Shown here: piece by piece, positions 1 through 8,905 of the stretch | Position numbering within the stretch: the first letter of the stretch is position 1 | Layout: each line of letters begins with the position of its first letter | Assembly: GCA_017511375.1 (NCBI GenBank) | Contig: JAFWKJ010000002.1 | Coordinates: forward strand, 12,090 to 76,089 | Direction of reading: 5' to 3' | Length of the DNA stretch: 64,000 nt | Origin: Bacilli bacterium | GTDB taxonomy: Bacteria > Bacillota_I > Bacilli_A > RF39 > UBA660 | Notes under the pieces: generated by a model | What the model was told of the DNA's origin: nothing | Database searches by the model: none | The model's input: the letters and a program-made list of their open reading frames with translations, nothing else | Position numbers and translations under genes: made by a program

Positions 1-1513
1 AAGTGATTTCCTCTGCAGAACGTCCTCCTAACAAACCTGTAATTTCTTCTAATAAATCAGATTTTGTAGAACACAATTTTTCTTCGGTAGGAACCATCAT
101 ATTATATCCACCTGCAGATCCACGAGGAATAATTGTTACTTTTTGAACATCACTGGCACTCTTTAATTTTAATCCGATAACAGCATGTCCTGCTTCGTGA
201 TAAGCAACCAACTTACGATCGTTTTCTGTATATTTATGACTAACTTTAGCTGGTCCCATAAGAACTCGATCGGTAGCCTCATCTATTTCACTCATAGAAA
301 TTTCATTCTTATTACGACGAACAGCAAGTAAAGCTGCTTCATTTAGTAAGTTTTCCAAATCAGCACCACTGAATCCTGGCGTACGCTTTGCTAAATTCTC
401 TAATGTGATACCTTCTGCCAAAATTTTATTTTTAGCATGAACAGCAAGTATTTCCTCACGACCTCTTACATCTGGTAAATTAACGGTAACTTGTCTATCA
501 AAACGTCCAGGTCTTAGTAAAGCAGGATCAAGAACATCTGGTCTATTGGTTGCCGCAATGATAATAATACCTTCGTTTGCTCCAAAACCATCCATTTCAG
601 TAAGTAATTGGTTTAAGGTTTGCTCTCTTTCATCGTGTCCTCCACCAATACCAGAACCTCTCTGACGTCCTACAGCATCAATTTCATCAATAAAGATTAG
701 ACAAGGGGCATTTCTTTTTGCTTCTTTAAACATGTCACGAACACGACTTGCTCCAACACCAACAAACAATTCCACAAAATCAGAACCACTGATGAAGTAG
801 AAAGGAACATCTGCTTCTCCTGCTACAGCCTTAGCAAGTAAAGTTTTACCTGTTCCAGGAGGGCCAAATAATAATACTCCCTTAGGAATTCTAGCTCCTA
901 ATTTTTGGAACTTCTTAGGATTCTTTAAGAAATCAATCAATTCCTTAACTTCTTCTTTTTCTTCTTTTAATCCAGCAACATCTTTAAATGTTACTTTATT
1001 ACTATCATTATCAAGTCTAGCTCTACTCTTACCAAAATCTAAAGAACTTTTGTTTCCAGCCATCTGTTTATTAAAGAACCAGAAAGCAAAAACAATTAAA
1101 AGCGCAATTGGCAAGAAATTAACTAAAACAATTAACCATGTATTAGCCTCAGGATCTGGATAAACAGTTAATTCAAAATCTTGTGCATCACTAGCCTCTA
1201 CGATTTTCTTCATAACTTCATCACTTAAAGGAAGACGCACTTCAAAATACTCATCTTCTTTATAGCTTTCTAATGACCCTTTTACTTCATAAACATAACT
1301 GCTACCTTTTGTAACAATTTCAATTTCTTTAATTTTATCTCCATCAAGATTTTCCATAAATTGATCATAGGTAAAGTCATGTCTGTCTGTATTATTTACA
1401 TTAAAATAATAATAAACAAACAACATAATAAGAGCTATAAACAAATATGGCAATAAACCTTTTCTAAGTATTTTTTTATCAATACCATTTGTATTATTGT
1501 TTTTCTTATTCAC
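1..1513 (-). CDS. ftsH: ATP-dependent zinc metalloprotease FtsH; the C-terminal part is cut off by the window edge and about 504 N-terminal codons are present
   Basis: Own minus-strand translation. GTG start at 1513 lies 8 nt after GAGGAGG. Two N-terminal TM segments, Walker A GPPGTGKT, Walker B FIDEID, HEAGHA zinc motif. Absent from the ORF track because there is no stop in the window. Confidence 0.92.
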   Translation of the reverse strand, partial: MNKKNNNTNGIDKKILRKGLLPYLFIALIMLFVYYYFNVNNTDRHDFTYDQFMENLDGDKIKEIEIVTKGSSYVYEVKGSLESYKEDEYFEVRLPLSDEVMKKIVEASDAQDFELTVYPDPEANTWLIVLVNFLPIALLIVFAFWFFNKQMAGNKSSLDFGKSRARLDNDSNKVTFKDVAGLKEEKEEVKELIDFLKNPKKFQKLGARIPKGVLLFGPPGTGKTLLAKAVAGEADVPFYFISGSDFVELFVGVGASRVRDMFKEAKRNAPCLIFIDEIDAVGRQRGSGIGGGHDEREQTLNQLLTEMDGFGANEGIIIIAATNRPDVLDPALLRPGRFDRQVTVNLPDVRGREEILAVHAKNKILAEGITLENLAKRTPGFSGADLENLLNEAALLAVRRNKNEISMSEIDEATDRVLMGPAKVSHKYTENDRKLVAYHEAGHAVIGLKLKSASDVQKVTIIPRGSAGGYNMMVPTEEKLCSTKSDLLEEITGLLGGRSAEEIT

Positions 1514-1526
1514 AATCTCTTCCTCC

Positions 1527-2846
1527 TCAGTTATATCTCAATATTATATCATACTCTTCTGTAGATTTTTTATCAAATTTTGATTTTTTTATTCCAGGAA
1601 CCCAAACAACATGGCCTTGAGAATCTAAAACAATAGGCCATAGATCTCTTTCATCAGCCGATATTTTTTTATCTATAAATATATCTTTTACTTTTTTAGA
1701 TCCATTTAAACCTTTTATATAGATTCTATCTCCCATTCTACGTGTACGAATAATAAGGGGTAACATAATCTCTTTACTATTTAACCTACAAACATTATTA
1801 CTATTATTATCAACAGAATCCACTAATTCAATAGAATGTTTATTCGGTAATAAAGCATATCGATCAAATTCTATCTCATAACTAGTAATAGCATCTACAT
1901 CTTTTACAAAAGTGAAGTTATTATAAGTTTTCTTAGCAAGAACATCATTTGGTAAATTCACAAAACTATTTGCTTTTTTATTTCTAAAAAGTTGTAATAA
2001 CAATTCTATATGTTTATCATTAATTAAAATTAAATCATCTTGATAATAGTCTTTCAAAAAAGAATAAAGAATTTCTTTTTGGATAAATTCATCTTCTTTT
2101 AGAAAACAATCTACTAAAATTGTATTATCACGAACACACCTTTTCATAGCATCTTTCGTAATTTTATCTATAAAAACACTTGAATCATTTAAAGCCTTAC
2201 TAAACTTTAAAAACTTTAAATGAACATTAGAATCCTCTTCTTTAAGAAAAGGCAAAATATATTTACGATATCGATTTCTAGTATATTTATCCTTTTCATT
2301 AGACTTATCAAGAAAAAACGGAACTTTGTTTTGATAATCATACTCTATTAATTCCTGTTTTGTAAGAGAAATCAAAGGTCTTACAATTTGATAACCCTCT
2401 TTCTCTACAATTTTCTTAAATCCGCTATACCCACTAAGATTAGATCCCCTAACCATTCTCATAAGAATCGTCTCCATGAGATCATCCCCATGATGAGCTG
2501 TCATCAAATAATTTGCATTGTATTTTTTAACAGTATTATCAAAGAATTGATAACGAATGTTTCTCGCTTCATTATGAAAATTATCATCACCATATTCTTC
2601 TATTGTCATTGTCTCAAAAAAAAGATGATGCAAATTACAATAATTCTTTATAAATTCTGCTTCTTGATAGCTTTCTTTACGAACATTGTGATTTACATGG
2701 CAAATGATAATAGACAAATGATATTTATCTCGTATTTTTAATAGCATATCAACTAACGCCATAGAATCAGGCCCTGTTGAACACCCAACAACGATTTTAT
2801 CATTCTCGTGAAAAGAAAAAAATTTTTCTATAGAAATCACGATCAC
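1527..2846 (-). CDS. tilS: tRNA(Ile)-lysidine synthase
   Basis: PP-loop region VGCSTGPDSMAL, about 440 aa, immediately upstream of ftsH as in Bacillus. GTG start after GAGGTGAT. Confidence 0.85.
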   Translation of the reverse strand: MIVISIEKFFSFHENDKIVVGCSTGPDSMALVDMLLKIRDKYHLSIIICHVNHNVRKESYQEAEFIKNYCNLHHLFFETMTIEEYGDDNFHNEARNIRYQFFDNTVKKYNANYLMTAHHGDDLMETILMRMVRGSNLSGYSGFKKIVEKEGYQIVRPLISLTKQELIEYDYQNKVPFFLDKSNEKDKYTRNRYRKYILPFLKEEDSNVHLKFLKFSKALNDSSVFIDKITKDAMKRCVRDNTILVDCFLKEDEFIQKEILYSFLKDYYQDDLILINDKHIELLLQLFRNKKANSFVNLPNDVLAKKTYNNFTFVKDVDAITSYEIEFDRYALLPNKHSIELVDSVDNNSNNVCRLNSKEIMLPLIIRTRRMGDRIYIKGLNGSKKVKDIFIDKKISADERDLWPIVLDSQGHVVWVPGIKKSKFDKKSTEEYDIILRYN

Positions 2847-2902
2847 ATCACCTCGTTAAACACAAACATTATAACATAGTAAAAAACAAAAGAAAAAGAA
2901 TA

Positions 2903-3202
2903 CTATTCATCAGGAATCTGTAAAATATATTCTCCATCCTTTGAATATAAATATTTTTCTCTTGCATATCTTGCAACATAATCTGGATTTTGTAATTTAT
3001 TAGCATCTACTTGTAATTCTTCTTCTTTTTCTTTTAAAGAAGTTAATTCTTTTTCTAATTCCTGCTTTTCTTGATACTTTTCAATAATTTCCACCCAGTA
3101 TCTACCGATAGAGAATGTAACGCCAACAATGATTAAAAACGACAAAAAAACAATAGCAAGAGCACGCTTACGAGGTTTCATTCTTTTTTTGTACTTAGCC
3201 AT
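2903..3202 (-). CDS. divIC: Septum formation initiator (DivIC/FtsB family)
   Basis: 99 aa with a basic N-terminus, one TM segment and a coiled coil (QEKQELEKELTSLKEKEEEL). It follows yabP-yabQ as in B. subtilis. Confidence 0.6.
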   Translation of the reverse strand: MAKYKKRMKPRKRALAIVFLSFLIIVGVTFSIGRYWVEIIEKYQEKQELEKELTSLKEKEEELQVDANKLQNPDYVARYAREKYLYSKDGEYILQIPDE

Positions 3203-3301
3203 CTACATTCACCTACCTATACATAATATATTATACTATGAATAGCACAAAATCCGTGAAATCCATGTCGATATTTCATAAGTGTTTACATACAATTTAC
3301 G

Positions 3302-3565
3302 CTACTTTGAGGTAAAATGATAGGAGATTAAAAAGCCAAAAGCAATAAAGAGTAAAAAATAGTAATGCAGAATCCCATTATTAATGAGATTTAACCCAAA
3401 AAAATATAAAAAAGAAATAAGAAAAGTAATAATAAATTGTAGAAAGAATTTCCATCTTCCCTTCCTAAGAAAAAAAGACTGGTAATGAAACTTATAAACA
3501 AAGAACAAAGAAACCCCAAACAAAAAAGAAAATAGCAAGCAAAATATTTGTGTTTTTAAACTCAT
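3302..3565 (-). CDS. yabQ: Spore cortex biosynthesis membrane protein YabQ-like
   Basis: 87-aa polytopic membrane protein that overlaps the yabP stop by 4 nt. Call rests on conserved yabP-yabQ-divIC synteny. Confidence 0.5.
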   Translation of the reverse strand: MSLKTQIFCLLFSFLFGVSLFFVYKFHYQSFFLRKGRWKFFLQFIITFLISFLYFFGLNLINNGILHYYFLLFIAFGFLISYHFTSK

Positions 3566-3855
3566 GATTTAAATAACCTACTAAAAATACTCTCTTCACT
3601 TTTCTTACTATTTTCCACAAGATAATCTAAATTATTAATTGTCCCTTTTATAGTTACATTTCCCGCAAATGTATCCAGCTTTATAAGTTCCAACTCTTCT
3701 CCCTTAATTACCATATACCCCATGGTAGTATCTAAAATAAAATGTGTTTTATCAAAGTTATCTATTTTTTTTACCCCTGTAATCACTAATGTCTTTTTTT
3801 CTAACAAACTAATACTATGATTAAAATTATTAATGCTTGAATCACTTTTATCCAT
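3562..3855 (-). CDS. yabP: Sporulation protein YabP
   Basis: VITGVKKIDNFD...MGYMVIKGEELELIKLD...FSRLFK matches my recollection of the YabP family pattern. Synteny agrees. Confidence 0.8.
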   Translation of the reverse strand: MDKSDSSINNFNHSISLLEKKTLVITGVKKIDNFDKTHFILDTTMGYMVIKGEELELIKLDTFAGNVTIKGTINNLDYLVENSKKSEESIFSRLFKS

Positions 3856-3896
3856 ATAATCCTCCTAAAAAAGTATATGAATAAAAATTAATGATA

Positions 3897-3926
3897 GAAC
3901 AAAAAAAGATGCATAAGCATCTTTTT
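3897..3926 (-). terminator. Intrinsic terminator downstream of spoVG
   Basis: Stem AAAGATGC / GCATCTTT with loop ATAA, followed by a U-run on the minus strand. Confidence 0.7.
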
Positions 3927-3931
3927 AAAAA

Positions 3932-4213
3932 TTATTCCTCTTCTTCTGCTGGTGCATCTTCTGCATTTTCATATGCTTCTAAAATAGCTTCTTCAAACAT
4001 AGCACGAACTTCAGGATTTATTGGGTGAGCAATATCACGATAACCACCCGTAGCTGTCTTTCGGCTAGGCATTGCTATGAATAGTCCGTTGTCTCCCTCA
4101 ATAATTCTGATATCATGTACAGCAAAACTGTCATCTAGTAATACAGAAGCGATTCCTTTCATACGAGATCCTTCTTTTTCAATCTTACGTACATTTACAG
4201 ATGTAATTTTCAT
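3932..4213 (-). CDS. spoVG: Septation / stage V sporulation protein G
   Basis: [10 protein letters not shown]...[30 protein letters not shown] is the classic SpoVG N-terminus. Acidic tail present. Confidence 0.92.
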   Translation of the reverse strand: MKITSVNVRKIEKEGSRMKGIASVLLDDSFAVHDIRIIEGDNGLFIAMPSRKTATGGYRDIAHPINPEVRAMFEEAILEAYENAEDAPAEEEE

Positions 4214-4295
4214 AAGAATTTCCTCCCTCTTAAAGTTATAACCACTTTATAAGTCAATTTTATATCAAATACAACGAAAAATCAACTATTTTCTT

Positions 4296-4508
4296 TTATC
4301 TCAATATTCTAAGAAGTTTTGTAGCAAAATCACTATAGCTAAAACTCTTAATCACATGGTTATTTGTTTCTATTAAAAAGATACGTGGATAAATCTGAAT
4401 AATCTTTCCTTCAAAAGAATCGTTTTGTCCTCTTAACCCATAATAACAAAACAAATGTTGTTGTTTTAAAAGAGATTTTAATCGTTCTCTAATTGTATAA
4501 AGATTCAT
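4296..4508 (-). CDS. veg: Veg family small protein
   Basis: 70 aa. The motif IFLIETNN...KSFSYSDF resembles Veg (SFERVSYSYADI). yabG-veg synteny, with ATGA overlap to yabG. Confidence 0.7.
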   Translation of the reverse strand: MNLYTIRERLKSLLKQQHLFCYYGLRGQNDSFEGKIIQIYPRIFLIETNNHVIKSFSYSDFATKLLRILR

Positions 4509-5272
4509 CGAGGAAACCCCACATACATCGTACCATTCGTAATTAATCCCCCAATACCATCGCTTCCATACTTAGTTTTAGAAATCATATTCATTAAATC
4601 AATTTTTTGATTCCTCTCAGAAAAAGCCAAGGAAGAGGCAATAATAGCAGGATCTAAAGCATGAATATTAATCCTTTTTGGACTAGAGGCAAAATTGGCT
4701 CCTGCACGAATTAAACTATCATAATTAGACTGACAAGCACCTGCTATAATAATCAGTTTATCTTGATTATGCTCATATTTACGTGCTTCTTTAATCGCCG
4801 AAACATAATAATGAGAGTTCTCATAATGATGATTTTTATAAGAGTCATGTCCTGTTATCACAACAATATCTGGATGATATTCTTTAAGCAAAGAAACAAT
4901 AGAAGAAGAAATATCTTTTTCTTTTAAAGTAATACCATTCGCTTTAATCCCCAAATTATGATAATAATTCATACATCGATCCAGATAATCTTTATCCCCA
5001 TCAATATGTAATATATTTCCAGGCAAATAAAAAAATTGATCCCTATCGATTTTAATATCTTTTAAACCTCGCTCAATAAACTCAGAATCATCTTCATGAA
5101 AATCAGGAACTAATTCCAAATCATCTAATTGCGCATCTGCATATAAACGATAATCAATTCCTTTTAAATAAGCAATAGAAGAATCAATATGAATGATTTT
5201 AAAAACGATATCATGCTGATGAGATTTTCTACTGACAACATCTCCTGTTTTTAAATTAATAATAAGCATCAC
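4505..5272 (-). CDS. yabG: Sporulation-specific peptidase YabG
   Basis: N-terminus GDVVSRKSHQHDIVFKIIHI and VVITGHDSY resemble B. subtilis YabG. ksgA-yabG-veg order is conserved. The start could be GTG 5272 or ATG 5269. Confidence 0.82.
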   Translation of the reverse strand: MMLIINLKTGDVVSRKSHQHDIVFKIIHIDSSIAYLKGIDYRLYADAQLDDLELVPDFHEDDSEFIERGLKDIKIDRDQFFYLPGNILHIDGDKDYLDRCMNYYHNLGIKANGITLKEKDISSSIVSLLKEYHPDIVVITGHDSYKNHHYENSHYYVSAIKEARKYEHNQDKLIIIAGACQSNYDSLIRAGANFASSPKRINIHALDPAIIASSLAFSERNQKIDLMNMISKTKYGSDGIGGLITNGTMYVGFPR

Positions 5273-5309
5273 CCATAAATTATATGTATAAAAAAAGGAA
5301 ATAGAATAC

Positions 5310-6110
5310 CTATTTCCATAAAGCGTTACTTAGTTCTACAAATACTTCTACATCTAAGTTTTCTGCTCTAACAGTCAAATCATAACCAAATTTTTCTAAA
5401 ACAGATTCCACAATTTTTAAATCATATTTCTTTAAATTATTTTTAATATTTTTTCGTTTGTACTGAAAACTATCTCTTACAATAGTTTCAAAAAAATCAA
5501 AATCCTTTAAAGGGTATTTTTCCTTTCTTTCATGAAAAGACACCACAACACTATCAACATTTGGCACAGGAACAAATTGCTTACGAGATACAAAAAATTC
5601 TTTTTTCACCTCATAAAAATAATTTAAAAGAACCGTAATAGATCCATATTCTCTACTACCAGGTCCCGTACTAAAACGATCTCCCACTTCCTTTTGTACC
5701 ATCATAACAATATTATCAAATGGGATCTTACTTTTAATGAGTTTTAATAAAATAGGTGTCGTTATGTAATAGGGAACATTGCTAACAAAATATAAATTTT
5801 TATAAGAATAATTAGAAATATCTAGAATTAAATCGGAATCTAAAAAATCTTGAAAAACAATATCTACATTATCATAGCCTTGTAGTTTATTTTCTAATTC
5901 CACAGATAGATCTGTATCAATTTCATAAGCTAAAACTTGTTTTGCGTGACTTGCTAATTCTTTTGTAAGAATGGCTCCTCCTGGTCCAACTTCAATAACA
6001 AGAGACTTTGAATCAACACCACTTACACTTACAATTCTCTTTACAATGGCACTATCCTTCAAAAAATTCTGACCAAATTTCTTTTTAAATTTTACATCAT
6101 ATTTTTCCAT
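5310..6110 (-). CDS. rsmA: 16S rRNA (adenine1518/1519-N6)-dimethyltransferase
   Basis: KKKFGQNFL and VIEVGPGGA motifs. I place the start at Met37 of the track ORF (ATG 6110, GGTGATG upstream). This removes the overlap with sipW. Confidence 0.9.
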   Translation of the reverse strand: MEKYDVKFKKKFGQNFLKDSAIVKRIVSVSGVDSKSLVIEVGPGGAILTKELASHAKQVLAYEIDTDLSVELENKLQGYDNVDIVFQDFLDSDLILDISNYSYKNLYFVSNVPYYITTPILLKLIKSKIPFDNIVMMVQKEVGDRFSTGPGSREYGSITVLLNYFYEVKKEFFVSRKQFVPVPNVDSVVVSFHERKEKYPLKDFDFFETIVRDSFQYKRKNIKNNLKKYDLKIVESVLEKFGYDLTVRAENLDVEVFVELSNALWK

Positions 6111-6165
6111 AACATCACCAATGCATTTTATTATAAACGACAAGCAAAAAAAAAGAAAGAATCTT

Positions 6166-6765
6166 TTAAGAAAAATTCTTGCTTTGGATAATTGCTTTTC
6201 GAATACGAATAATTTCATATAAGAAGATAAATCCCGCAGGCACTAATAAACATAAGGCAAAGTTTAATGGATTGGATAAAAAGTTTTGTAAATATCCAAG
6301 TTTTGGGATAATCAAAAATACCTTTCCATAGATATTAGAAGAGGAAACTCTCTTTTTATCAGGTACAGGGTTATTATCACCTTTCGTAACATAAGAATCG
6401 GTAGAATAAACTTCATTCTTTTTAATAACCCTATGAGTTATTACATTTCCCTCTGCATTATATTCTGTAGAAAAAAAACTAATAATATCTCCAATATTAT
6501 ATTGTCCTGAACCAGAACGTTTCACAACAATCGCATCATTGATATTAATCGTTGGAACCATACTAGGAGAAACAATTACATATCCTCCAAACAAAGGAGC
6601 TTTATAATTTCCTGACTTAACATTTACAAACAAATCAATTAAATAAACTGTGAATAGAAGGGCAAATATTATTAAAAAACAAAAAATAGAAATCAAGAAT
6701 GCTCTTGCTACAAAGTATGAATAATATTTAAGTTTATAGAAAAAACTATATTGAGCATCTGTCAT
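6166..6765 (-). CDS. sipW: Signal peptidase I, ER/archaeal (SipW) type
   Basis: SPSMVPT (catalytic Ser), ITHRV (His), GDNN, and N- and C-terminal TM segments. This is the S26B pattern rather than a Ser-Lys LepB type. SD is GGAGGT. Confidence 0.8.
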   Translation of the reverse strand: MTDAQYSFFYKLKYYSYFVARAFLISIFCFLIIFALLFTVYLIDLFVNVKSGNYKAPLFGGYVIVSPSMVPTININDAIVVKRSGSGQYNIGDIISFFSTEYNAEGNVITHRVIKKNEVYSTDSYVTKGDNNPVPDKKRVSSSNIYGKVFLIIPKLGYLQNFLSNPLNFALCLLVPAGFIFLYEIIRIRKAIIQSKNFS

Positions 6766-6858
6766 ACAAACTACCTCCTACTCTAAAATTATTATAATAT
6801 GAATAGGAGGAAATAAAAGAAAGAGATAAAAAAAAGAAGTAAACTTTACACTTCTTTT

Positions 6859-7458
6859 TTATTTAACAATTGCATGAATATCCACTTCAACAGAATAACT
6901 ACCCTCTTTAACTTTAGCATCCTCAGACAACCAAATTCTTAGACGATAATTTTCTGTTCGATTTTTAACGGTACTATCATTTACTAGAACCATACTACCT
7001 AAATCAGAACCAACGGTAGAATAATTTTTGGAAGGAACATATCTTCTAGGACCAAAAGCCTTTGAATATAATCCATCTTCCTCTTTCTCTAAATAAATAC
7101 GAATATCGTCGTCATCAATCGTAGAACCCTTTTCATCTTTTATGACAGATATCTCATACTCAACTTTAGGAGCCTCTAACACTTTAACATCCACAGAAAA
7201 ATCAAAATACTGACCTTCTGTCATATTTTTCATACCTTCTTCATCCTTCATAGGAGTTGCCTTTAAAAGAGTCAAAGCATTCACTTCAGAAGTATAGTTT
7301 AAAGTTACATATCCTCCCTCTTCTTCCTTTTCAACAATCTCAGGTTTTCTATTACTAAATGCAATAAAACCAATGGTAATTAAAACAAGCAATACACTGC
7401 ATATTACAATCACCATAACCCAAAAATTCTTTGATAATTTCATTCCCTTTTTACTCAT
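6859..7458 (-). CDS. N-terminally anchored or secreted beta-rich protein, paralog 2; function unknown, candidate SipW substrate
   Basis: Basic N-terminus, a hydrophobic segment ending IAFSN, and alternating beta-strand patterns. Shares FDF/YEI, IRIYL and RLRIWLSE blocks with the upstream ORF. Strong SD AGGAGG. Confidence 0.75.
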   Translation of the reverse strand: MSKKGMKLSKNFWVMVIVICSVLLVLITIGFIAFSNRKPEIVEKEEEGGYVTLNYTSEVNALTLLKATPMKDEEGMKNMTEGQYFDFSVDVKVLEAPKVEYEISVIKDEKGSTIDDDDIRIYLEKEEDGLYSKAFGPRRYVPSKNYSTVGSDLGSMVLVNDSTVKNRTENYRLRIWLSEDAKVKEGSYSVEVDIHAIVK

Positions 7459-7466
7459 AAATCCTC

Positions 7467-8045
7467 CTATACGGCTCTCGCAGCCACTTTAAATGAAAAC
7501 CCAGAAGCAGAACCATCCACCACATAAGGCTCAGAAACCCAAGCACGTAGTTTAACATGAACAATTTCATTTGGTTCAATCAATCCATAATATAAAAGTT
7601 TTGATTCTGGTTTATTGTTAAGATAAGAAAGTTGATTGAAAGAAGACAACTCTTCCCCCTCATATCCTTCAAGAGGAACGTCTCTATCATCTGTTAAATA
7701 TAATGTAACATAACTAGATTGAATTTCAATTCCATCTAATTCTTCTTTGGTTGCATAAATTTGATAAGTTCTCTTCTCATTTGTATGATTAACTACATCA
7801 AACAATAAATATCCAAAAGCTCCCGCATTATCCTCAGTAATCGTCCTTCCAAACTCAGAGGAAACAGCAACAAGTCGATTAATCGTAACAACATCTTTTG
7901 CTCCATCAAAAGTAACATCTAATGGATTAACTGGTTCTTTAGAATAATTTGCTTTTACAAGAATAATAATTCCTAAGCAAAGAACAAACAACATAATAAC
8001 AAAAACAAACAACATAATAGCATTTTTCATTGTATTATTCTTCAT
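7467..8045 (-). CDS. N-terminally anchored or secreted beta-rich protein, paralog 1; function unknown
   Basis: Start moved to ATG 8045 (GGTGGTGA, 6 nt upstream). Signal-anchor followed by the blocks YLLFDV, YVTLYL and KLRAWVSE, which align with paralog 2. Confidence 0.75.
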   Translation of the reverse strand: MKNNTMKNAIMLFVFVIMLFVLCLGIIILVKANYSKEPVNPLDVTFDGAKDVVTINRLVAVSSEFGRTITEDNAGAFGYLLFDVVNHTNEKRTYQIYATKEELDGIEIQSSYVTLYLTDDRDVPLEGYEGEELSSFNQLSYLNNKPESKLLYYGLIEPNEIVHVKLRAWVSEPYVVDGSASGFSFKVAARAV

Positions 8046-8087
8046 AGAAATCACCACCCATTATTCTCTATTAAGATATCATAAAAA

Positions 8088-8843
8088 CTACTTCAAGTCA
8101 AACAAACGATATGTGTTCTGTAGCGTAATCTTAGACACTTCCTCTATCGTTAAATCACATACTTCTGCGATACATTTCGCAATAGCAGGAATGTATTTAG
8201 AACTATTTTGTTTTCCCCTATTAGGCTCCGGAGTAAGATAGGGACTATCTGTCTCTAGTAAGACAGAAGAAATTCCAATTTGTTGAATTACAGAGAAAAG
8301 TTTACTATTTTTAAAAGTCACCACGCCTCCAATTCCAAGATAATATCCCATAGATATATACTGTTTAGCCGTTTCTAAACTACCACTAAAGCAATGTATA
8401 TCTCCTTTAACCGAAGGAAATTCTTTTAAAATATTTATGGTTTCTTCCGTTGCATCTCGACTATGAATCACAACAGGTAAATGATGTTTATCTGCTAAAA
8501 GCATTTGTTTACGGAATAATTCCTTTTGGAGAGAAGCATCTTCCTTACCATAGTGATAATCAAGACCAATTTCTCCAATTCCTATAACCTTTTTATGGGA
8601 AAGAAGTTCCTCAAACGCAAGGATATCAGCCTCGGTTGTAAGAGAGGCTTCACTTGGATGATATCCAATCGTAACATAGACATCTTCATAAAGATCTGCA
8701 TACTTCAAGGATTCTTGAATACTTTCCTTTGTACAACCAGAAATAATTATACACTTAATTCCTGCTTGTCTATTATCTTGAATCACAGAATCTATATTCT
8801 CATAATCCTCCAAAGATAAATGACAATGCGTATCAATAAACAT
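8088..8843 (-). CDS. tatD: TatD-family metal-dependent DNase/hydrolase (YabD)
   Basis: MFIDTHCHL start motif with GAGGTG 6 nt upstream. Lies downstream of metG as in Bacillus. Confidence 0.88.
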   Translation of the reverse strand: MFIDTHCHLSLEDYENIDSVIQDNRQAGIKCIIISGCTKESIQESLKYADLYEDVYVTIGYHPSEASLTTEADILAFEELLSHKKVIGIGEIGLDYHYGKEDASLQKELFRKQMLLADKHHLPVVIHSRDATEETINILKEFPSVKGDIHCFSGSLETAKQYISMGYYLGIGGVVTFKNSKLFSVIQQIGISSVLLETDSPYLTPEPNRGKQNSSKYIPAIAKCIAEVCDLTIEEVSKITLQNTYRLFDLK

Positions 8844-8905
8844 AGAAATCACCTCGAATTCACTAAGATAAAAAAATTATACTACAAAAAAAGAATAAGG
8901 AGAAC

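Noticed and set aside
3203-3301. A third copy of the ATCGACA/TGTCGAT motif upstream of divIC, considered as evidence for a Spo0A-like regulon together with the comK repeats.
   Set aside because: A 7-mer that occurs three times in 64 kb of AT-rich DNA is not statistically meaningful without a genome-wide count. It is kept only as a speculative note under the comK finding.
5310-6218. N-terminal extensions in the track ORFs for rsmA, and similarly for pth, dnaX, metG, mnmG, rpsF, tatD, the PBP, the TPM protein and the DUF951 protein.
   Set aside because: In each case an internal ATG with a properly spaced SD coincides with the conserved family N-terminus and removes an overlap with the neighbouring gene. 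The extensions are artefacts of the longest-ORF rule.
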